37,456 nt of DNA from Kofleriaceae bacterium (GTDB lineage Bacteria; Myxococcota_A; Polyangia; Haliangiales; Haliangiaceae): the NCBI GenBank assembly GCA_018057605.1, contig JAGPDK010000001.1:1-37456 (forward strand), in the 5' to 3' direction. Of the stretch, positions 1 through 7,203 are shown piece after piece. How positions within the stretch are numbered: position 1 is the stretch's first letter; the number at the start of each line of letters is the position of its first letter. A model generated the notes under the pieces. That model made no database searches. It was not told where the DNA came from and saw only the letters and a program-made list of their open reading frames with translations. Position numbers and translations under genes: made by a program.

Positions 1-35
1 CCGCTTGTATCACGCTGTGTTAGGCTCGGGCAAAG

Positions 36-1235
36 ATGAGATGGCCTTTGCTCACGGTGGTATGGTTAGGCGTTGCAGCGCGAGTTGCCGTAGCTGCGCC
101 GCTAACTGGCGAAGTGGTGGCGTCGCAAGCGCGGTGGACCGCTGACGGCCAACGCATTGTGACCGAATCGGTGGTGCGCACGCCCGATGGCCGCGAAGTT
201 GTGGTGAGTCAGCTTGGCGGTACCGCCGATGGCTTGACGATGCGTTTATTGGCCAGCGACAGCCACGGCGACGGGGTTGACACCGCGCTGTTACAGGTTG
301 GCATGCAGGTTGAGCTTGCCGTGCACACCGGGGCGACCTCAGCCGGCGAGGCCATGGTCGTGGTCGATCAGGTGGTGCGCCAGGGCGGCAGTGATTTTGT
401 GCGGACCGGGCCAACCAAAGCTGGGCGCTCATTAGCCTGGGCATCAGGTTGTGCGCAGTTGTTTTACGACTCGGCCGGCACCTCACATTTGGCCGGCGCC
501 ACCGAGTTTGGATTGATCGATGCGTCGGTGGCCGCGTGGAACGATGGCGTGGCGGGCTGCTCGTACATGCGCATTGCAAGCCAAGGCAACAAGTCTAACG
601 AAGTGGGCAAAGATTTTTCCAACATCGTGAAGTTTCGCGATACCAAATGGTGTCGGCCGGCTACCAATGCTGATGCTGAGCGCTGTTATTCGCCGGCGGC
701 CGCTGGCCTCACCACGGTAGTGTTTGTCGACGACGTCAACAGCGATCGCGATGGTGAAATTGTGGATGCGGATATCGAACTTAATGGCGTCGATTTTGCG
801 ATTTCCAACGCTGGCGCGACCACTGGTACCGCGGCATGTTTAGCTGATCTCAAAAACACGCTGACCCACGAGCTCGGCCACTTTCTTGGGTTGGAGCACA
901 CTTGCTTAGCCTCGGGTGACCCGCCGCGTATCGACAATCAGGGCAATGCGGTGCCGTTGTGCAGTGCGAGCAATGACCCGCTGATTCGTGAGGCGACGAT
1001 GTACAACTTTCAAACTTGCGGCGAGACCAGCAAAGCCAGTTTGTCCGTCGACGACACCACCGCGATCTGCTCGATCTATCCACTGGCCACCGACCCAGGC
1101 ACCTGTGATCCGGTCGGCGGTAGCAGTGGCGGTTGTTGCAATGTCGCGGGACAGCCGGTGCCGGTGGGTTGGCCGCAATTGCTGCTGACGGTTGGCATTG
1201 GCGGCGTGCTGTATCGCCGTCGTCGCCGCCGCTAG
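36..1235 (+). CDS. secreted metzincin-type zinc metalloprotease with MYXO-CTERM-like C-terminal sorting tail
   Basis: 399-aa ORF. Signal-like N-terminus MRWPLLTVVWLGVAARVAVAAP. Extended zinc motif HELGHFLGLEH (nt 867-899) followed by a Met-turn candidate EATMYNF. The C-terminus is GGSSGGCC, then a hydrophobic stretch, then RRRRRR (nt 1116-1232). Confidence 0.8.
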   Translation: MRWPLLTVVWLGVAARVAVAAPLTGEVVASQARWTADGQRIVTESVVRTPDGREVVVSQLGGTADGLTMRLLASDSHGDGVDTALLQVGMQVELAVHTGATSAGEAMVVVDQVVRQGGSDFVRTGPTKAGRSLAWASGCAQLFYDSAGTSHLAGATEFGLIDASVAAWNDGVAGCSYMRIASQGNKSNEVGKDFSNIVKFRDTKWCRPATNADAERCYSPAAAGLTTVVFVDDVNSDRDGEIVDADIELNGVDFAISNAGATTGTAACLADLKNTLTHELGHFLGLEHTCLASGDPPRIDNQGNAVPLCSASNDPLIREATMYNFQTCGETSKASLSVDDTTAICSIYPLATDPGTCDPVGGSSGGCCNVAGQPVPVGWPQLLLTVGIGGVLYRRRRRR

Positions 1236-1262
1236 CGGAACGAACACTTACGTTCGATCGCA

Positions 1263-1306
1263 CGCGTACGCGGCGAAAACCCTTTGCAAGTTTGGGTGCG
1301 TACGCG
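1263..1306 (+). terminator. hairpin downstream of the metalloprotease gene (possible terminator)
   Basis: CGCGTACGC (1263-1271) pairs with GCGTACGCG (1298-1306). An inner ACCC/GGGT pairing is also possible. It starts 28 nt after the stop codon. No U-tract follows, so it is not a canonical intrinsic terminator. Confidence 0.3.
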
Positions 1307-1531
1307 GACCACGGACGACCGCCGACGGACAGCGGCGTTCTTTTGTTTGCACTGCGGCTGGTTGAACGGCCTCCATCGAAGACCTCGACGAGAACCAGCT
1401 CGCCTTCCTGAAAGGAGATCTCCGCCGACATCCCGGTTGCCGAACGTCGGGCATCGTTTGCTCGCCGCGGGGCTGGACGCTCCTGCCGAGTTCAACGAAC
1501 ACCCGCGCTCGGTGAATATCGCTGACAGCGT

Positions 1532-1831
1532 TCAGAAGGCGTGGAATATGTGGCCGGCAAAGCGTTTGTCCGACGCGTTCCTTGCGATGGCGCTCAGGTC
1601 GTGGCCAAGCGCGGCTCCTTGTTGGCTGGCGACGACGAGGAGCGGTCGCAGGCGCTTCGCCAGACCATGTTCGAGCGTGGGGTGTAGTAGTTTGTGGTGT
1701 TGCACTTGCTCATGCCGCAGTTCGAGAACGCAGTCCGGATGATCTTCGCGCAGCACGGCGCCATTACGTCGAAGATCGACGACGGTGTTTAGGGCGAACC
1801 AAGCCTCAACGAGCTGCTCTACGGTGAGCAT
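1532..1831 (-). CDS. hypothetical protein (99 aa)
   Basis: Internal ATG of ORF 1532..1993, giving MLTVEQLVEAWFALNTVVDLRRNG... Third-position G+C bias looks like coding sequence. It overlaps the 3' end of the upstream phosphotransferase gene by 26 nt. I recognised no family motif. Confidence 0.35.
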   Translation of the reverse strand: MLTVEQLVEAWFALNTVVDLRRNGAVLREDHPDCVLELRHEQVQHHKLLHPTLEHGLAKRLRPLLVVASQQGAALGHDLSAIARNASDKRFAGHIFHAF

Positions 1832-2780
1832 GTACAGCCCCCGGCCCGGTGTGATCGGTGATCGTGCGGACCAGCGCGAGCGCGAACGCCCACGCGCCCT
1901 CGGCCGTGTTCGGGACGAGCGCGCCGATGCCCATGAGGCCGTGGACGTCGAGCAGGGTCGGTGCTCGGTCGGCGGGGATGTCGCCGCCCGCATGGCCGGC
2001 GTGGTGCGCGAGGTGAAGGAAGATTGTGGCGCACTGCGCCGCGACGAACCGGCGCGCGTAGACGAACCCGTCGGGCAGCGCGGCCGGCGGTGCGGCGTCG
2101 TACGCGGCGATCAGCGCGGACGCGGTCGGTTCGTCCATGCTCAGGAACATCGCGACCGTGGCTAGGTCGTAGAAGGGATCGTTTGGTCCGGCCATGTCCC
2201 AGTCGAGCAGCACGAGCCGCTCGCCGTCGAACACCAGGTTCGACGGGTTCATGTCGTTGTGACTCGTGACCAGCGCGCGCTGTCGCGGCGGTGGCGTCTC
2301 CGCGAGCACCTGATCGATCGTGGTGCGGACGAAGCTCGGGACCATGAATGTCGCGAGCCGCGCCCGCATCGGCGCGATCAGATCGCGCGGATCGCGCCAC
2401 ACCGCGTCCGCGGGAAGCGGCAGTGCGTGGACCCGTCGGATCGTCTCCCCGAGCTGGCGTCGCGCGTCGTCGCGCGTCTGCGGGTCGGACAGCCGCGGCG
2501 CGAACCGCCGATTCACGACGTAGTCGCTGACGACCGCGCGTCGCGCCTCGTCGTGGTGAATCACGCGTGGCGCGACGCCGGCCTCCGCGGCGCGACGCTG
2601 GATCTCGCTGCTCTGGCGCCATGCCTCGATCGGCTCGCCCTCGCTGGCGACCTTGAGCACGTAAGCATGCCTCGCCCGCTCGACGCGATACACGGCTGCG
2701 CCCGACAGGCCCCCGGCGATCCTCGTGATCGACGTCGTCGGACCGCGGAGGTGGTCGGGCAGACACGCTTCGAGCGTCAT
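1806..2780 (-). CDS. phosphotransferase enzyme family protein (APH / choline-kinase-like fold)
   Basis: The start is taken at the internal ATG (MTLEACLPDH...) of ORF 1806..3182. A nucleotide-binding region (GGLSGAAVYRV...YVLKV) is present. The catalytic loop HNDMNPSNLVF and the LLDWDMAG motif are typical of aminoglycoside/choline kinase-type phosphotransferases. The 134 codons upstream are Arg/Pro/His-rich and look non-coding. Confidence 0.75.
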   Translation of the reverse strand: MTLEACLPDHLRGPTTSITRIAGGLSGAAVYRVERARHAYVLKVASEGEPIEAWRQSSEIQRRAAEAGVAPRVIHHDEARRAVVSDYVVNRRFAPRLSDPQTRDDARRQLGETIRRVHALPLPADAVWRDPRDLIAPMRARLATFMVPSFVRTTIDQVLAETPPPRQRALVTSHNDMNPSNLVFDGERLVLLDWDMAGPNDPFYDLATVAMFLSMDEPTASALIAAYDAAPPAALPDGFVYARRFVAAQCATIFLHLAHHAGHAGGDIPADRAPTLLDVHGLMGIGALVPNTAEGAWAFALALVRTITDHTGPGAVHAHRRAAR

Positions 2781-3405
2781 GCCCGCATCATAGCCTATCG
2801 CAGGCTCGGGCAGGTTGCGCGGGATAGGTGAATGGTGTGGGTGGGTGGGCTCAAAAATTGTGTGGTGGATGGCGAGGTAAACGGTCGGGTGAACGGTTGG
2901 TTCACAGAGGCTCCGGAGGAGGCGACTCGGAGGTTGAACGGAGGCGCTGCGGCTGGCCGCGCGGCCGCGGAGGTTGGTGCTCGCGCGTTGCCTGATGCGC
3001 CGCCGTCGCGTCGCGGGTGGATGGCGGTAGGTGATAGTGACGATTGGCTTTGCGCGCGGTTTACGATCGGCTGGTGGGTCGGCTGGCGCATGCTGGACTT
3101 GAATTGGCGATAGTTGTCGATTTGAATGGGCCGATTGGTGTCGGAGGCGTGCACGGTTGTGCGTCCGGGTTTCGGATTCCATTTTTCTGTCTAAATGTTA
3201 GGAGGATTTTTACGATTTATGTTGACGTGATTTTTCAGCCGAGAATCGTCATGCCAACTACCGGCGTGCAAAAGGCTGGTGCAACGTCGTCGTGTTCTCG
3301 GCATGCACCGATAGTCGGTGCTGGTGAATTTCTTGCGTTACACCGAGACTTCGCAGCGTAGTGAGCCAATCACAGCGTCGAAAAAGCTGGTGATAGAGTT
3401 GCTTT

Positions 3406-3984
3406 ATGATGCAAGGTGCAAAGTTTAAGGTGGCCATTGATGTCGATGCGCTGGGTAATCAAATCGCTGAAATGCCGGCGCATATCGACGCTGCGATGCA
3501 TCGGTTGTTAACTGCTATTCGTGAATTCGATATTGCCTCGGGCTGGCATGTGCAAGGCGCGTTGTCGTGTGCGCATTGGTTGGCGTGGCGGGTCGGCTGC
3601 GATTTGCGCACAGCACGTGAGCGGGTGCGAGTTGCTCGGAAGTTGGCTGAACTGCCGCTGGTCGACGAGCAATTGCGACGTGGTGCGATGTCGTATTCGC
3701 AGGCCAGGGCGATTACGCGGGTGGCGACGGCTGAAAAAGAAGAACTCTGGGTGGCGTACGCCAAGCGCATGCCAGCGTCGCAGCTAGAAAACTTGTGCCG
3801 TTCGTACCAGCACGTGCAGGCGTATGATCAAGCGCACGGGGCAGAGGCTGGAGCGATAGCGGCGGCGCACGTTGCGGCGCTACACGATGCCCATGCCGCG
3901 CTCGCCATCACGGCCAACAGCAACGCATCAAAATGGACCGGCGGCCTGATCGACTACGCGAGGTGCATCGACTATTTGGTGTGA
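3406..3984 (+). CDS. DUF222-domain protein; truncated relative of DUF222-HNH endonucleases, nuclease domain absent
   Basis: 192-aa ORF. The segment GALSCAHWLAWRVGCDLRTARERVRVARKLAELPLVDEQLRRGAMSYSQARAITRV matches the conserved core of the DUF222 domain that precedes HNH nucleases. No HNH (H-N-H / Cys-His) segment follows. The ORF ends 27 nt before a convergent gene. Confidence 0.65.
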   Translation: MMQGAKFKVAIDVDALGNQIAEMPAHIDAAMHRLLTAIREFDIASGWHVQGALSCAHWLAWRVGCDLRTARERVRVARKLAELPLVDEQLRRGAMSYSQARAITRVATAEKEELWVAYAKRMPASQLENLCRSYQHVQAYDQAHGAEAGAIAAAHVAALHDAHAALAITANSNASKWTGGLIDYARCIDYLV

Positions 3985-4011
3985 GCCGCGGTTCCGCCCC
4001 TTCTATAATCG

Positions 4012-5487
4012 CTATTTGTGGGCGACTTCTTTGAATTTCGTGGCGGTCAAGGCCTTGAGTGCGGCGGCGGTCGATTTATCGTCGCTGGTGCCGTCGACGA
4101 TGAAGACACTGCTGCCTTGGCGCGACACGATGATGGCGCGGCCGTCGTCGCGCTTGCTGCCGTCGCCGCCAAAGCGCTTTGCTAGCGTCGCGCGATACGC
4201 CGCTTCAAACGCTTGAGCGTCGGGTTCGCTATCCCAGGTGGTGGCGATGAGTCCGAGCATGGTGCCGTCTTTGTTGCGCCACACCGCAAATCGGTCGCCG
4301 TCCCAACCCGCGGCGTTGTCGGCCGATTTGGTATCGCCCCATTGTTCAAGATACACCCGCCAGCCGAGTTCGCCAATCACGTTTGATTCGACCAACGTGC
4401 CAGCTTGTTTGGGCAGCGTTGCAAGTTGCGGATAGTCGCGAGGGAAAAGCTTGTCGTCAGGATGCAACAACTGCTCGGTTGAATTGGGCGGATTACTGTA
4501 TAGCTTGGCGACTTCGGCCCAGCCGCCCTTGGCGAACGCCACGGCAACGGGCATCGCACCTTTGAGGTAGGAGTCGACCATCGGCACCAAAATGATGGCT
4601 GGAATCTTATCCATCGCTGCGGCCGAGGCTTTCATTTCTTCGCTGCCGCCCAGGCCTTCAGCTTGCGCTTTGGTCATGGTCCGCAATTGATCGATCGAAA
4701 GGTTGCCGGTGAGCTTGAGCTGCATTTGCAGCGCGGCCATGGTTTTGTCGTCGATCGTGGTGGCGCCGGTTTTGGCGGTAACCAGATAGGCAAACATGGC
4801 GAACGTGGCTTCACCTTCAACGATGAATTTGCGCGCATTGACTTCGTCGTCGGAAAGTGCCGGACCTTTTTTACCGTTTGGTTCTAAATATTTATTGAGA
4901 TCAAAATACTGGTCTTGCAGTGAATGGGTGAGTTCATGCGAGGTAATCGTGTCCAACATGGTGTCGTCGGACGGCGTCATTACTAGGAAAAACTTCTTTT
5001 GATTCGGGTCGTAGTAAGCCGCCGCCTGGGTGACCATCGTGTCCGACATCGCTTTGGCTAAGTCGATACGTTCTTTGAGCATGCCGATGTGCAACATCGC
5101 ATCGACCATGGCTTTGGCCTTGTCGGTGCCAAGCTCTTTGCCAATTTCTTTTTCCACAAAGCTGCGGAAATCGGCGGTGGTTTGATATTCCGCTGGCACA
5201 TCAATTTTGAACGGTTGATTACGCAGCGCGGCCAGATGCTTTTTGATTTCGGGAATCCGTTTGAGCGCGCGCTCGGCCACAACTTTGGGATCTTCTACGG
5301 GCTTGGGTACGGGTTTGGCCGTGGCGTGGTCGGCGCTAACCGCGGTGTTGTCCCACGACGATGGTGCGGCATTGGCCGAACCACTACCGACAGCACTGCC
5401 AGTTTTGGTGGCTGGCGATGGCGTCGGACTCGATTTGCATGCCACAAGTGCAAGCGCTAGCAACGGTAGAGTTTTCATGCGCGGCAA
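4012..5487 (-). CDS. lipoprotein, putative zinc-dependent peptidase (HExxH)
   Basis: 491-aa ORF. Lipoprotein signal MPRMKTLPLLALALVAC with a lipobox Cys. Low-complexity linker, then an HELTHSLQDQ zinc-binding-type motif and a downstream GEATFAMF segment. Confidence 0.7.
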   Translation of the reverse strand: MPRMKTLPLLALALVACKSSPTPSPATKTGSAVGSGSANAAPSSWDNTAVSADHATAKPVPKPVEDPKVVAERALKRIPEIKKHLAALRNQPFKIDVPAEYQTTADFRSFVEKEIGKELGTDKAKAMVDAMLHIGMLKERIDLAKAMSDTMVTQAAAYYDPNQKKFFLVMTPSDDTMLDTITSHELTHSLQDQYFDLNKYLEPNGKKGPALSDDEVNARKFIVEGEATFAMFAYLVTAKTGATTIDDKTMAALQMQLKLTGNLSIDQLRTMTKAQAEGLGGSEEMKASAAAMDKIPAIILVPMVDSYLKGAMPVAVAFAKGGWAEVAKLYSNPPNSTEQLLHPDDKLFPRDYPQLATLPKQAGTLVESNVIGELGWRVYLEQWGDTKSADNAAGWDGDRFAVWRNKDGTMLGLIATTWDSEPDAQAFEAAYRATLAKRFGGDGSKRDDGRAIIVSRQGSSVFIVDGTSDDKSTAAALKALTATKFKEVAHK

Positions 5488-5572
5488 CCTAGCAGATTGT
5501 GCCGCCGTTAGTGCGGCAAGTTTGCCTGTGTAGCGCGATCGGTACGCAAGTACCTCACATCCGAAGTTCGAT

Positions 5573-5616
5573 CAGGATTTTCCCGGCCCCTTCGGGTGAG
5601 GCCGGGAAAAATCCTG
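5573..5616 (-). terminator. strong imperfect hairpin downstream of the 5747..7132 lipoprotein gene
   Basis: CAGGATTTTCCCGGC (5573-5587) pairs with GCCGGGAAAAATCCTG (5601-5616). That is 15 bp with one bulged base and a 13-nt loop. It lies about 130 nt past the stop of the last gene in the minus-strand string. No clear U-tract. Confidence 0.35.
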
Positions 5617-5674
5617 TACGTGAGCCCACTTGATGTTCGGTACTAGCCTCATTTTTGCTTCGTACCGCCGGTCA

Positions 5675-5694
5675 ATCTGGAACTATCTGGAACT
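5675..5694. repeat. perfect tandem duplication of a 10-mer (ATCTGGAACT x2)
   Basis: ATCTGGAACT is read directly at 5675-5684 and again at 5685-5694. It lies in the 259-bp intergenic region upstream of the HExxH lipoprotein gene. Flanking it is an exact 11-mer direct repeat, CGGTACTAGCC, at 5638-5648 and 5715-5725. Confidence 0.6.
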
Positions 5695-5746
5695 CTGAAC
5701 GGAAATAGGATCAGCGGTACTAGCCCCTGCGGTAGCGTTGCCGTGG

Positions 5747-7132
5747 CTATTTGCGTACGGCGGCACCCAGCACGTACACCAGTTCAGTCGACGATGGGGC
5801 TGGGGTTGCGATGATTGGCAAGTTCTTGGTGCCAATGAGGAACATGCCCGGTTTAAGATTGCGGACTAAAATCTCGTCGTACACGACCGGGTCTGGCGAC
5901 GATTGCATCATGACACTGGCGCGGCTGACACAGCGATTTTCATATTCAAGTTTGCCGTTGCTATCGATCCGTTCAATGCGATTGGTCTTTTCCCAGCGTG
6001 CGCAGGTAGCCCGTGGTTCGGCCGTGGCGCTAAATGACACTTCGGCAAAGGCGCCTTTGCTTTCGATTTTGGCGACCACGCCACTGATGGTTCCGTCGAT
6101 GTCGAAGCTCGTTCCCATTATATCGGCCTCTTTCAAGAGACGGCCAAGATCACGGTTGCGATCGTCAAACACGATGCTGGCCCCCGCGGCGAGCCAAGCG
6201 GCAAGCGCTGCGGTGCGGGGCCCACGCACTTGATTGCTAGCGTCTTCGGGTAGATTACTCTTGCCTTTGCCGGACTCTACAAAGCCGTCGCGGCATAAGC
6301 GCAGGGCGGTGTACGCCAGCGCGCCGGTACTGGTCGCGACAATTGGATTCAAATACGTGGTGCTGCGCGGTTCGGCATTAAATTGCGGCAACTTGGCGCT
6401 TGCGACAGCGTCGGTCCAGGCCGCTAGCGTTTTGGCTTGGCAGCCTTGGTAGGCCGAGCGTCGGTTCGATGCTGCCGCAGCTTCGAGGCCGGCAAGTTGC
6501 GCCCGTAACTTTTCTCGTTTGGCATTGGGCGTGGCCCATTCGCTGCGGGCTTGGCGGGCCAATTTCACCAAGGTTGCCACGCCGGGGTCGGCGCTGGCGA
6601 GGCTGGCTAAGGTTTTGGCGGTGTTGGCCTGTAGTTGCGCGACTGCGACAATATAACGATGCAAGGTATCGCGTTCGGCACTCGTGAGGGCACTTTCTTC
6701 GTCAACTTCCGCGGCTGCTTTGGCTTGGTCAATGGTATCGGTGACGCCGACGATTTGCGCCAGCAATGGAACATGGGGTTCGGCGTAGCCAGGAATGCCA
6801 AAGATTTGGCTTAGCGCAATGACCTTGGTGATTTCTGCAATCTGATCGAGCTGATCGAGGGCGAGCAATAGTTCGGGGACGCGCAGCTCATGCTCAGGCC
6901 CGTAGAACGCAGCCGCTTGGCCAATCGGGCCGGTTGTGACGCTGAAGCGGTCGACCAGCCGGCCGCCGCTTGTCGTGGCATCGCTGTTGCCACTGGAGGA
7001 TGCGAAGCTTGAAGGTGCAAATGGGGTGGTGTTGCCACTCATGGTTTGGCCGTTTACCTTGAGCAAACTGCAGCCGCTGAGTGCTGTTGCGAACAGGATG
7101 GATGAGAGGCCCGTATTGTTGAATTTGTACAT
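5747..7132 (-). CDS. lipoprotein of unknown function
   Basis: The start is taken at the internal ATG (MYKFNNTGLSSILFATALSGC), which gives a classical lipobox LSGC. The remaining ~440 aa are Ala/Leu-rich and carry no motif I recognise. The 52-codon upstream extension of the ORF would overlap the MFS gene. Confidence 0.65.
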   Translation of the reverse strand: MYKFNNTGLSSILFATALSGCSLLKVNGQTMSGNTTPFAPSSFASSSGNSDATTSGGRLVDRFSVTTGPIGQAAAFYGPEHELRVPELLLALDQLDQIAEITKVIALSQIFGIPGYAEPHVPLLAQIVGVTDTIDQAKAAAEVDEESALTSAERDTLHRYIVAVAQLQANTAKTLASLASADPGVATLVKLARQARSEWATPNAKREKLRAQLAGLEAAAASNRRSAYQGCQAKTLAAWTDAVASAKLPQFNAEPRSTTYLNPIVATSTGALAYTALRLCRDGFVESGKGKSNLPEDASNQVRGPRTAALAAWLAAGASIVFDDRNRDLGRLLKEADIMGTSFDIDGTISGVVAKIESKGAFAEVSFSATAEPRATCARWEKTNRIERIDSNGKLEYENRCVSRASVMMQSSPDPVVYDEILVRNLKPGMFLIGTKNLPIIATPAPSSTELVYVLGAAVRK

Positions 7133-7203
7133 GGCGCGGTCATCGACCCACCTCGCCAACTGTTGCGGAAAATCGTCACATGTTGAAAATTCTAGGACCA
7201 AGG

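Noticed and set aside
1236-1531. Small ORFs on both strands (1133-1411 +, 1232-1495 -, 1248-1502 -) between the protease gene and the 99-aa ORF. One minus-strand ORF (850-1431) starts MSAEISFQEGELVLVEVFDGG.
   Set aside because: All are short, Arg-rich after the first few residues, mutually overlapping and without motifs. I treat this as non-coding spacer or degraded sequence at the edge of the putative acquired segment.
1819-2766. A 315-aa alternative-frame ORF, plus several other ORFs (1961-2269, 2259-2831, 2320-2530) overlapping the phosphotransferase gene.
   Set aside because: All are extremely Arg/Ala/Pro-rich, which is the typical out-of-frame translation of ~75% GC coding DNA. Only the 1806-2780 frame carries kinase motifs.
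2821-2849. G-quadruplex-type motif on the + strand (GGG-N15-GGG-T-GGG-T-GGG), just upstream of the phosphotransferase start.
   Set aside because: The first loop is long. The motif sits on the strand that is not transcribed into the mRNA. G-runs are frequent in this GC-rich patch, so there is no independent support for a function.
2781-3182. 5' extensions of listed ORFs: 2781-3182 for the phosphotransferase, and similarly 7133-7288, 19453-19569, 26268-26366 and 32120-32374.
   Set aside because: The extensions are low-complexity or overlap the preceding gene. Internal ATGs give canonical N-termini: a lipobox, the def MAIRK start, and the usual MoxR N-terminus.
3200-3230. AGGAGG followed 13 nt later by a 3-codon mini-ORF (ATG TTG ACG TGA) in the AT-rich stretch upstream of the DUF222 ORF. 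A TTGACG -35-like hexamer is also present.
   Set aside because: The spacing from the SD-like sequence to the ATG is long. No matching -10 hexamer lies at 16-18 nt from TTGACG. A 3-codon leader cannot be supported from sequence alone.
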